Source: Perkinsela sp. CCAP 1560/9 (lineage: Eukaryota > Protista > Euglenozoa: Kinetoplastea). From it: a DNA stretch of 64,000 nt. Of this stretch, positions 29,457 through 40,504 are shown piece by piece. Position 1 is the stretch's first letter, and every line of letters starts with the position of its first letter. The DNA lies in contig CBFFSA010000044.1 of the NCBI GenBank assembly GCA_965644495.1, positions 1 through 64,000 of the forward strand, written 5' to 3'. The position numbers and the translations under genes are program-made. The notes under the pieces are model-generated. The model saw only the letters and a list, made by a program, of their open reading frames with translations, ran no database searches and was not told the DNA's origin.

Positions 29457-32400
29457 AATTAATAGGGGGGAAGAGTATGAGTTCTAACTTTCTATGAATG
29501 TACGGTATCAGTTTTTTTTTTTTTTTTTTCAAATTTATCTCTATAAATCAATCTACAACAAATCACTCTATTTGACGAAACCAAACTAAAGAAAAGAAAA
29601 AGAAAAGAAAAATGCATCACCCTCTAATTCAGGAGCAGAGGTGGATCCGGGTCATCTTCTGCCATCCGCGCCACCATCATACGAGCCTGAGCTCGCATTA
29701 AAGTGACATTCAAGTCACGGATGAGATTTGCCGTCGCCGTTCCCCTGTCCATCGTCCCTTGGGACGTAGCAGAGCGCCACGCTCCAACCTTCTTAAGCAC
29801 AGCGAGGGCGCTGTCGGACCACGAGCCATAGGAGCCTACGACCATGGCCGCGAAGTCGTGCCCAGCAGTCTCGGCGTCCCGTCGCTGCACCTGCTTATGG
29901 CTTGTGGCATAGCTCTCGGCGAATGATCCCGCCGTCACCCCGTTAGCGTTACGGACGAGGTCCGCGTATTTGGGTTGCTGAACGTGGGTAACGGCGAAAT
30001 CAAGCACCAGAGACTTGCCTAAGCCAATGCTGGGCAAAACGACATCACCAGGCCTCGTGGGCGCTCCAGCGGGACCGCGATTGCCAAGACTTACCTCCCG
30101 TTGGGGGGCGAGGTGCGCCTTACTGCAGAAATCGACAAATTGACACGCCAGCGCGTTGTGGCGCGTCATGATGCCATGTCCACACTTACAGGACACGGCA
30201 TGGTCGCCTTTTGGTCCCAACGGTTGCTGACACCTCCCCATAGGACAGGGCCGCGTTCCGGGGTAAATGTCTGCTCCCAACCACCAGCGGGACAAGGCGC
30301 GAAACTCAGTAGGAGTGTAAGAGTATCCTCTCTCCTTGGAGGGAATAACGAATGCCCAACTCGCGGCCCCTCTCCCAGTTTGCGAAATCAAACGTGCGCG
30401 TGTGTTGAAGTCTGCTGCCTCATATGCTGAAGAAAATTCCCGGTCGCCTATCTCGCGACAAAGGTGTTTCTGTCGCGGGATAATCAGCTTTTCATTCATC
30501 CCGGCATCTAGGCTGTGATCATGGTGTGCATTGAGAGGGTTGGTTGATGCGTTATAATCTTTGTGGATTAGTGCCTCCTGTATTTTGCCGGTTGTCGAAT
30601 CCACCAAAGTCTTTCCCGCCTGGCGGTTAACACGCTCCACTGCCTCGGAAAACCATTTCGCCTCGGACGGTGCCCAGTCATCTTGAGAACCCGCAAAGGC
30701 TGCTGAAGAGACATAAGCTGCAGATGAATGTATAACGGAGGATCTTAGGCCAAAACCACCGTGTCTCTTGTCGCGTTGGATTTGTGCTCGTGCCGGGGCG
30801 TCTAGAGGACAGAGTATAAGCTCCGTAGCGCGGAGCACGGCGTTATCAAGCCTCTGACAGAGGTCTACCATGTATTTTGGTGGCGTTGTGCGGAGGGAGT
30901 AGACTAATTGGCAAAAGCCAGCGCAGTGGCGAATTAGCGTGAGGGCTACCTGTGGGTCTTCTAGTATGCCTATCGCCTTTAGAGTTGCTTCCGCAGGTTC
31001 GATCGCAAACTCACGTAGGTATTCAATACAGAACTCTTCTGACCCTACTGGGCTACCCAAAATGCTAAAGTTTCCTTCGTGATTTTTCATTCTGGCTGGG
31101 ATGGTAGTGAATGAGTCCGTGCAACGCGAGGATACCGGATGAGATATTATCTCGCATTTACTCGCATTAAGATGGAGCCCCCACTGAGGTCCCGCACATG
31201 CTATAGCATCCAACGCCCTCCGTACGCTGTCGGATTTTCCGGCTAAAACACCGTCATCGAGATACCAAAGGTGCAAGAGGAGTCCGCTGGGCACTTCATT
31301 CTCGATCAGTTCAGTAATCTCTCGCAGAACCATGGAGAAAAGGAGGGGCCCTAAAGGGTCCCCCTGTTGAACTCCTTCGGTGGAGGCAACTGTTTGAGAA
31401 CCATATGTGAGTGCGCTATCGGTGGAGTAGCACCAATTTATCCAAGGAGTCAACTCGGGGAAGTGCTTTTCTGATAGAGATATGAACGCCGCCCTGGAAA
31501 CCGTATTGAATGCGTTACGAAGGTCCACCTTGCATAAGACAAACTCTGGGTCATTCTTTGTGGACTCCACCACTTGGCGGCAGAGGTGGATAACCCTTTC
31601 GGAGCCAGATGCCGTTGCCACACCATATTGACGTCCTTGGAAAAGTGTGCTAGCTTTGGACTTTACAACAGAGCAGGCAGCCTTGCTGACCATGCGGCGC
31701 AACGTTTCCCCTGCTGCGATAGGTCTTACATCATTTTGCCCTTTCTGCAATGCACACAATCGAGCCCCTGCGTAATATTGTTGTGCTTCAACTGGAGCCT
31801 TACCGGCGAGTAGGTGATTGGCAAGCTTTGTGAGACTCTCGAGGGGATGAACATCCGTGTCAGTTCCAGCGAATAATGCCGCTTGTATGTGTTCCGCTCG
31901 TAGCGCCATGGTTCCACCTGAGGAGCCCCTGTTAAAGCTTTGGATCGCCTTTCGTACATCATCCTCATTGACAGTCAAGGAAATGATTTCGTTGGAGGAC
32001 GGTGCGCTTTGGCGTAGTGGACCGAACAGCCGGCTCGGGTGCTTGGTGACTAGTTTGTTATATGTCTCCTCATTGTCGGGTGCCATTGGCGCCGAAGTGA
32101 GTGCAGCTATTCCTCGAGAAACTTCTCCTTGACGGACCAGTAGTTCGGAGCGAATCGCTTTCTTTTCCTCATCCAGTAGTGTACCTGCTCCGGATCCTTG
32201 CTTCCTCTTCTTCTGGTGTTCAAGTACAGCTTCTTTCCACAGGGCTGAATATTCGTGTGCTTCCCAGCGATCCAGACATTTCCGCACGTGGGAGGCGTAC
32301 GAGCTATTTCCCTTTCGTCCTCTTCTATGCGGGGCTGGAAGGACACATTTCGGAAGCATCGCTAGTCGTGTCCATGCAGCGACGGTGTTCTCCCTCTCGG

Positions 32401-33355
32401 CTGTTGCGACGGTGGCTGTTAGGACCGTAGCCCACTGGCGTCGGCATCGGAAAGGAACGTCTTTGGACGTGGTCATAGGTGTTGTACAGACCGCTCTTAG
32501 GCTAGGGAAACATGGTGGGTCTATAGTGGGCGGTAAGCTAGATTCCTCTGGCGTCTCTGAAGGGTACGCGGGGTCAGGAAGATCTGTTGTTGGTGATGGC
32601 TGTGTGGGAGGTGGGTCCGCCCCGTAGCATTGAATTGAATGGGCTTCCTTCTTGGTCAACACAAAATGTTTGTTGCACACCGTGCAAAGAAATCTGCCTT
32701 CACGTGCCCACCACTCTAGCGGTATGCCTTCGGCGTGTCGGGAGGCCACATGATTATAAAAAGCTTGCCATTTGCCGCCGTGGGATTGTGCGGACCACGC
32801 ACATCCGTCTGCCGGACAGTACCGACGTTCCGGGAGGGGCGGGTCCCCCGCAGAATGAAGAGGTGGCACGACAGCTTCCGTTGCAGGACCAGCTAGAGTC
32901 ACAGCGCGGTGAGGGTCGCATAGTACGGTCTCCTGAGTTGAGTCAGTCTCGTCGGTTGGGGATACAGGAATCAATAACTCAAAGCTAGGAGGATTGCTCA
33001 AGGTAACAGAGAACGTGGTGGGGGGGGCAGGTTGCGGTGAGACACAATTTCGTTTACGTGTGCAGAGGTTTAGCGTCACAGGGGGGTCATGACCTGGTGC
33101 GGCAACGTCCTTGGAACGAAGTGAAAGCAGACCACGCGTTTTCAATATAATGCTCCCGACCAGGCATGCGACTGTCCAAGTCACCGTGCATCCTAGGGCG
33201 AGGACGTTCCCTACAATAACGCTAGTGTACTTAAGTATGAAGAAGACGATCGTCACCAGTACGTATGCAAACTGTATGTATGTGATGGGAACTGTCAATA
33301 GGCGCCTCCACTGCGCCGTGCGGGCTGGGGCGTGTGCACGCTTACAGCACTGGTG
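29419..33355 (-). mobile_element. 5'-truncated family D copy 3 (ORF remnant 29624-33355)
   Basis: Truncated inside the second Cys/His motif and fused to the poly(A) of family C. Confidence 0.93.
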
Positions 33356-36131
33356 TTTTTTTTTTTTTTTTTTTATGAAACGCGGCATTGCCTCTATATT
33401 ACCCAATACATGAACCATGAAGGTCCATTGGGGGGGGTATATGATTTGTAAACAAGCAATCAAATTTGCAATTTCACATGTTGTAGCCCAAAACTAGTAA
33501 TTCAACCTGCCTTAAGTTATTTATGATTCTGATAACAATAATAATAAAAAAGGAAGCAATCCACGCCCAATCCATCCGCGCGTTCTGGACCGGGTCTTTC
33601 GACCTCTCCACGGCCTGACTTGTGGACCCTTCCCTTGTTATACGGGAGGGCGCAGGCGCGGGCCTGTGTCGACAGCGACACGGTCGCGAAACAGGATGCT
33701 GGCCGACGGGGAGGAGATTCACTACCCGTGTACTACCTCACTTGGGGTACCTAGCCCTGACGGACTAGGCGTGAGCATAGACTCTGTCGACTCGACCAGC
33801 ATCCGGGCCAGAGGTATGTGGCCCTGCGCATGGCGTCTTCACCATGCCCCTAAGCGCCTTCAAGGGGGGCGTTAGGGTCACTGACAACTATCCTGGAGAC
33901 CATCATCCGAGCCTGGGAACGCATCAACGTGACATTAAGCTCTTTCAAAAGGATGTTTCGTGCCTGAGTGTCTGTTAAAAGACCGTTCGACGCGTTGGCA
34001 CGTAACGCTCCCACCTTCCACAGGACCGTCAAGGCACTTCTGCTCCATGAGCCGAAGGACTCAACAATCATCGCTGTGAACAGTAACTGAGCTGCTTCCG
34101 CTTCTTGGCGCTGCTTCCCTTTCGTTTCAGAGAAGTGTTCAGCAAAAGACCCCGCAGCCACCCAGCTAGCATTACGGACTGAGTCCAAATACTTCAATTG
34201 CTGTGCGTGGGTGACTGCGAAGTCTAGAACCATGCCACCTCCCAGTTCATAGTTGGGAAGAAAAACATCGCCTGGTCTGGTGAGTCCTCCTCCAGGTCCC
34301 CGATTTCCGAGACTTTTTTCCCTTTGCGGAGCCATATTGGCCTTGCTGCAGAAGGAGGTGAACTGTTGGCAGACCGCATTGTGGCGGGTGATGAGGCCGT
34401 GCCCGTTCTTACACATCAGAGCGTGTTCCCCATTTTTTAGGAGTGGTAAGTCACATCCTTTTGCTGGACAAGGTCGATCCTCTGGATAGACATCCATGCC
34501 CAACCACCAGCGGGATAAGGTACGGAACTCTGTGGGAGTGAAAGCGTATCCCTTGGTCCGCGAAGGAGTCACGAAAGCCCAGCTCCCGGCACCTTTTCCG
34601 GACTCTGATATCCATCTTGCACGTGTGCGGGGGTCAGCCTTCTCGTATGCAGTGTTAAATTCTTGCTGGGAAATGACTTGGCTGAGCTGTTGCTGTCTAG
34701 GGATAATCATCTCCGGTTCGGCCGTCTTCTCTGATCCCTTTTTATTCTGCGTCCGCCGAGGGCGTTTTGTTTGCGAGGACAAGCTATGACGTAGATCAGA
34801 ATCTGTGCGAGGATTGTTTTGTTTGGGAGTGCGTCCTGTGCATGGGTCCACAAGCGCTGCGCCTGCTTTATCGTTTACGTCTTGCACGGAGGTAGTAAAT
34901 CCTTGAGCTTCCAAGGGGTCCCAGTCGTCCATGTCGGCGGCATGAGCGACAGATGAAACGTATGCCGCCGTTGCGTGCAGTGTCGACGATCTGAGACCGA
35001 AGCCTCCGTGGCGCTTCCTGCGTAGTATTTGATCACGTGCGGGGGGGTCCAGGGGAAAAAGTGCCCGCTCTACAGCCGTCATGACAGAGTCGTCTAGTAA
35101 AAAGCAAAGATGGGTAAGGGCCTGTGGGGGTGTAGTTCGGAGGGCGTATACCATCTGACAGAACCCCGTGCATTGACGGATTAGAGCACTGGCCACTTGG
35201 GGGTCTCCTATTAAACCTATGGCGGCTAGGGTCTCACGTGCTGGGTCGATGGCGTGCTGCATCAGGAACTCCGCGCAGTGCTCGTCCGACCCGATCGGGC
35301 TCCCAAGGATATCGAAGTTCCCGTCGTGCCGGATTTTCGCCTTTGGGATCTCGGGAAAAAGCGTTGTGAGATGAGCCGAGGCAGGTGGCGTTATGATTTC
35401 ACTTTTCGCAGGATTCAAGAAAAGTCCGCACCGGGGGCCAACTTCCGAAAAAACGTCCACCGCCTTTCTGACCTCCACAGCCTCTCCCATAAGAACCCCA
35501 TCGTCGAGGTACCACAGTTGCGAGTCAAGGTTTGATCGGGATGCTATCTCTTCCGTCACCTCAGAAAGCACTAGAGAGAATAAAAGTGGGCCTAAAGGAT
35601 CACCTTGTTGCACGCCTTCGGCTGAAGAGATGAAATTGTTTCCATACGTGAGGCAACTCGGACTTGAGTAGCACCATTCTACCCAGGGCGAAAGTTCCGG
35701 AAAATGTAGGCGCGTGAGAAGAGCGAAGACGGGTCTGCTGACGTTGTTAAAAGCGTTTCGCAGATCAACCTTGCAGAAAACCAGCTTGTCGCTCCCCATG
35801 TTGTTGAGCATAGTTTTCCGACAGAGATGAATCACTCGTTCGGACCCCGCAGATGCGGCAACACCGTATTGGCGTCCACGGAATAACGTTCCCGCCTTCT
35901 CCTTTACGGCGAGGCATGCTGCCTTGCTTACTAGGCGCCTTAGGGTTTCGCCCGCCGCAATGGGACGTACGTCGTCTTCGCCTTTCTCCAGAGCACAAAG
36001 TCTAGCTCCTGCATAGGACTGCTGAACTTCAGGCGGCGCCTTTCCCTCGAGTAAGTGGTTCACGAGGCGTTTGAGAGCTGAGAGAGGACTTACGTTTTTG
36101 TCCTCGTGTTCCAAAATAGCCGACTGGAGAC
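33356..36131 (-). mobile_element. 5'-truncated family C element (A-related; RT-RLE ORF remnant 33850-36131; structured RNA ~33568-33806)
   Basis: YLDD, CPAKGC..HALMC, RPGDV..LDFAV; 3' UTR homologous to family A. Confidence 0.93.
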
Positions 36132-39100
36132 TTTTTTTTTTTTTTTTTTTTTTTTAGGGGGGAAGAGTATGAGTTCTAACTTTCTATGAATGTACGGTAT
36201 CAGTTTTTTTTTTTTTTTTTTTCAAATTTATCTCTATAAATCAATCTACAACAAATCACTCTATTTGACGAAACCAAACTAAAGAAAAGAAAAAGAAAAG
36301 AAAAATGCATCACCCTCTAATTCAGGAGCAGAGGTGGATCCGGGTCATCTTCTGCCATCCGCGCCACCATCATACGAGCCTGAGCTCGCATTAAAGTGAC
36401 ATTCAAGTCACGGATGAGATTTGCCGTCGCCGTTCCCCTGTCCATCGTCCCTTGGGACGTAGCAGAGCGCCACGCTCCAACCTTCTTAAGCACAGCGAGG
36501 GCGCTGTCGGACCACGAGCCATAGGAGCCTACGACCATGGCCGCGAAGTCGTGCCCAGCAGTCTCGGCGTCCCGTCGCTGCACCTGCTTATGGCTTGTGG
36601 CATAGCTCTCGGCGAATGATCCCGCCGTCACCCCGTTAGCGTTACGGACGAGGTCCGCGTATTTGGGTTGCTGAACGTGGGTAACGGCGAAATCAAGCAC
36701 CAGAGACTTGCCTAAGCCAATGCTGGGCAAAACGACATCACCAGGCCTCGTGGGCGCTCCAGCGGGACCGCGATTGCCAAGACTTACCTCCCGTTGGGGG
36801 GCGAGGTGCGCCTTACTGCAGAAATCGACAAATTGACACGCCAGCGCGTTGTGGCGCGTCATGATGCCATGTCCACACTTACAGGACACGGCATGGTCGC
36901 CTTTTGGTCCCAACGGTTGCTGACACCTCCCCATAGGACAGGGCCGCGTTCCGGGGTAAATGTCTGCTCCCAACCACCAGCGGGACAAGGCGCGAAACTC
37001 AGTAGGAGTGTAAGAGTATCCTCTCTCCTTGGAGGGAATAACGAATGCCCAACTCGCGGCCCCTCTCCCAGTTTGCGAAATCAAACGTGCGCGTGTGTTG
37101 AAGTCTGCTGCCTCATATGCTGAAGAAAATTCCCGGTCGCCTATCTCGCGACAAAGGTGTTTCTGTCGCGGGATAATCAGCTTTTCATTCATCCCGGCAT
37201 CTAGGCTGTGATCATGGTGTGCATTGAGAGGGTTGGTTGATGCGTTATAATCTTTGTGGATTAGTGCCTCCTGTATTTTGCCGGTTGTCGAATCCACCAA
37301 AGTCTTTCCCGCCTGGCGGTTAACACGCTCCACTGCCTCGGAAAACCATTTCGCCTCGGACGGTGCCCAGTCATCTTGAGAACCCGCAAAGGCTGCTGAA
37401 GAGACATAAGCTGCAGATGAATGTATAACGGAGGATCTTAGGCCAAAACCACCGTGTCTCTTGTCGCGTTGGATTTGTGCTCGTGCCGGGGCGTCTAGAG
37501 GACAGAGTATAAGCTCCGTAGCGCGGAGCACGGCGTTATCAAGCCTCTGACAGAGGTCTACCATGTATTTTGGTGGCGTTGTGCGGAGGGAGTAGACTAA
37601 TTGGCAAAAGCCAGCGCAGTGGCGAATTAGCGTGAGGGCTACCTGTGGGTCTTCTAGTATGCCTATCGCCTTTAGAGTTGCTTCCGCAGGTTCGATCGCA
37701 AACTCACGTAGGTATTCAATACAGAACTCTTCTGACCCTACTGGGCTACCCAAAATGCTAAAGTTTCCTTCGTGATTTTTCATTCTGGCTGGGATGGTAG
37801 TGAATGAGTCCGTGCAACGCGAGGATACCGGATGAGATATTATCTCGCATTTACTCGCATTAAGATGGAGCCCCCACTGAGGTCCCGCACATGCTATAGC
37901 ATCCAACGCCCTCCGTACGCTGTCGGATTTTCCGGCTAAAACACCGTCATCGAGATACCAAAGGTGCAAGAGGAGTCCGCTGGGCACTTCATTCTCGATC
38001 AGTTCAGTAATCTCTCGCAGAACCATGGAGAAAAGGAGGGGCCCTAAAGGGTCCCCCTGTTGAACTCCTTCGGTGGAGGCAACTGTTTGAGAACCATATG
38101 TGAGTGCGCTATCGGTGGAGTAGCACCAATTTATCCAAGGAGTCAACTCGGGGAAGTGCTTTTCTGATAGAGATATGAACGCCGCCCTGGAAACCGTATT
38201 GAATGCGTTACGAAGGTCCACCTTGCATAAGACAAACTCTGGGTCATTCTTTGTGGACTCCACCACTTGGCGGCAGAGGTGGATAACCCTTTCGGAGCCA
38301 GATGCCGTTGCCACACCATATTGACGTCCTTGGAAAAGTGTGCTAGCTTTGGACTTTACAACAGAGCAGGCAGCCTTGCTGACCATGCGGCGCAACGTTT
38401 CCCCTGCTGCGATAGGTCTTACATCATTTTGCCCTTTCTGCAATGCACACAATCGAGCCCCTGCGTAATATTGTTGTGCTTCAACTGGAGCCTTACCGGC
38501 GAGTAGGTGATTGGCAAGCTTTGTGAGACTCTCGAGGGGATGAACATCCGTGTCAGTTCCAGCGAATAATGCCGCTTGTATGTGTTCCGCTCGTAGCGCC
38601 ATGGTTCCACCTGAGGAGCCCCTGTTAAAGCTTTGGATCGCCTTTCGTACATCATCCTCATTGACAGTCAAGGAAATGATTTCGTTGGAGGACGGTGCGC
38701 TTTGGCGTAGTGGACCGAACAGCCGGCTCGGGTGCTTGGTGACTAGTTTGTTATATGTCTCCTCATTGTCGGGTGCCATTGGCGCCGAAGTGAGTGCAGC
38801 TATTCCTCGAGAAACTTCTCCTTGACGGACCAGTAGTTCGGAGCGAATCGCTTTCTTTTCCTCATCCAGTAGTGTACCTGCTCCGGATCCTTGCTTCCTC
38901 TTCTTCTGGTGTTCAAGTACAGCTTCTTTCCACAGGGCTGAATATTCGTGTGCTTCCCAGCGATCCAGACATTTCCGCACGTGGGAGGCGTACGAGCTAT
39001 TTCCCTTTCGTCCTCTTCTATGCGGGGCTGGAAGGACACATTTCGGAAGCATCGCTAGTCGTGTCCATGCAGCGACGGTGTTCTCCCTCTCGGCTGTTGC

Positions 39101-40464
39101 GACGGTGGCTGTTAGGACCGTAGCCCACTGGCGTCGGCATCGGAAAGGAACGTCTTTGGACGTGGTCATAGGTGTTGTACAGACCGCTCTTAGGCTAGGG
39201 AAACATGGTGGGTCTATAGTGGGCGGTAAGCTAGATTCCTCTGGCGTCTCTGAAGGGTACGCGGGGTCAGGAAGATCTGTTGTTGGTGATGGCTGTGTGG
39301 GAGGTGGGTCCGCCCCGTAGCATTGAATTGAATGGGCTTCCTTCTTGGTCAACACAAAATGTTTGTTGCACACCGTGCAAAGAAATCTGCCTTCACGTGC
39401 CCACCACTCTAGCGGTATGCCTTCGGCGTGTCGGGAGGCCACATGATTATAAAAAGCTTGCCATTTGCCGCCGTGGGATTGTGCGGACCACGCACATCCG
39501 TCTGCCGGACAGTACCGACGTTCCGGGAGGGGCGGGTCCCCCGCAGAATGAAGAGGTGGCACGACAGCTTCCGTTGCAGGACCAGCTAGAGTCACAGCGC
39601 GGTGAGGGTCGCATAGTACGGTCTCCTGAGTTGAGTCAGTCTCGTCGGTTGGGGATACAGGAATCAATAACTCAAAGCTAGGAGGATTGCTCAAGGTAAC
39701 AGAGAACGTGGTGGGGGGGGCAGGTTGCGGTGAGACACAATTTCGTTTACGTGTGCAGAGGTTTAGCGTCACAGGGGGGTCATGACCTGGTGCGGCAACG
39801 TCCTTGGAACGAAGTGAAAGCAGACCACGCGTTTTCAATATAATGCTCCCGACCAGGCATGCGACTGTCCAAGTCACCGTGCATCCTAGGGCGAGGACGT
39901 TCCCTACAATAACGCTAGTGTACTTAAGTATGAAGAAGACGATCGTCACCAGTACGTATGCAAACTGTATGTATGTGATGGGAACTGTCAATAGGCGCCT
40001 CCACTGCGCCGTGCGGGCTGGGGCGTGTGCACGCTTACAGCACTGGTGTCTGCACGTCGACTTTACCTTGCAGCTGTGGTGGCACGGTTTCGTGGACAGA
40101 TTTTCCTGCGTCGCGTGTGGCCGCGTGAATTCCGTACCAGTGTTGAGATCGCGCTTGCAACAACTGTGTTTGCATGTCAGTTTGTTTTTACATATGTGTT
40201 TGCAAGGATTAGTGGAATCTTCGCGAGGGAGATCAGAAATTTTTACCGGTGAATCCGTCGGAGAAGTTTTTGCGTCGTGGGGATTTGGAAGCAAGGAATC
40301 CTTCAGGGGGCGGTTCTTATGTCCGCGGCACAAAGGTAAGGGTGGTGTTTCAATGTGTTGGCCCGAGCGTATGGCTACGGAGCGAGTCAACGCGACCATT
40401 TGGAGAGGATTAGTAAATAAATCAACAAGGCAACAAGGTACAGAAACTGTATCTTTATCGTTAA

Positions 40465-40468
<4 letters not shown>
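36132..40468 (-). mobile_element. Full-length family D copy 4 (SL 40431-40468 plus an extra CCTTGTTG)
   Basis: Same 5' junction as copy 2. Confidence 0.95.
36317..40399 (-). CDS. Family D polyprotein (1360 aa)
   Basis: Intact ORF, same motifs. Confidence 0.95.
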   Translation of the reverse strand: MVALTRSVAIRSGQHIETPPLPLCRGHKNRPLKDSLLPNPHDAKTSPTDSPVKISDLPREDSTNPCKHICKNKLTCKHSCCKRDLNTGTEFTRPHATQENLSTKPCHHSCKVKSTCRHQCCKRAHAPARTAQWRRLLTVPITYIQFAYVLVTIVFFILKYTSVIVGNVLALGCTVTWTVACLVGSIILKTRGLLSLRSKDVAAPGHDPPVTLNLCTRKRNCVSPQPAPPTTFSVTLSNPPSFELLIPVSPTDETDSTQETVLCDPHRAVTLAGPATEAVVPPLHSAGDPPLPERRYCPADGCAWSAQSHGGKWQAFYNHVASRHAEGIPLEWWAREGRFLCTVCNKHFVLTKKEAHSIQCYGADPPPTQPSPTTDLPDPAYPSETPEESSLPPTIDPPCFPSLRAVCTTPMTTSKDVPFRCRRQWATVLTATVATAERENTVAAWTRLAMLPKCVLPAPHRRGRKGNSSYASHVRKCLDRWEAHEYSALWKEAVLEHQKKRKQGSGAGTLLDEEKKAIRSELLVRQGEVSRGIAALTSAPMAPDNEETYNKLVTKHPSRLFGPLRQSAPSSNEIISLTVNEDDVRKAIQSFNRGSSGGTMALRAEHIQAALFAGTDTDVHPLESLTKLANHLLAGKAPVEAQQYYAGARLCALQKGQNDVRPIAAGETLRRMVSKAACSVVKSKASTLFQGRQYGVATASGSERVIHLCRQVVESTKNDPEFVLCKVDLRNAFNTVSRAAFISLSEKHFPELTPWINWCYSTDSALTYGSQTVASTEGVQQGDPLGPLLFSMVLREITELIENEVPSGLLLHLWYLDDGVLAGKSDSVRRALDAIACAGPQWGLHLNASKCEIISHPVSSRCTDSFTTIPARMKNHEGNFSILGSPVGSEEFCIEYLREFAIEPAEATLKAIGILEDPQVALTLIRHCAGFCQLVYSLRTTPPKYMVDLCQRLDNAVLRATELILCPLDAPARAQIQRDKRHGGFGLRSSVIHSSAAYVSSAAFAGSQDDWAPSEAKWFSEAVERVNRQAGKTLVDSTTGKIQEALIHKDYNASTNPLNAHHDHSLDAGMNEKLIIPRQKHLCREIGDREFSSAYEAADFNTRARLISQTGRGAASWAFVIPSKERGYSYTPTEFRALSRWWLGADIYPGTRPCPMGRCQQPLGPKGDHAVSCKCGHGIMTRHNALACQFVDFCSKAHLAPQREVSLGNRGPAGAPTRPGDVVLPSIGLGKSLVLDFAVTHVQQPKYADLVRNANGVTAGSFAESYATSHKQVQRRDAETAGHDFAAMVVGSYGSWSDSALAVLKKVGAWRSATSQGTMDRGTATANLIRDLNVTLMRAQARMMVARMAEDDPDPPLLLN

Positions 40469-40504
<36 letters not shown>

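Noticed and set aside
29624-33463. Poly-Lys or poly-Phe N-termini of ORFs (also 13337, 20779, 48316 and the 624-1090 and 18245-18841 ORFs)
   Set aside because: Translation through poly(A)/poly(T) junctions and low-complexity UTRs, not true starts.
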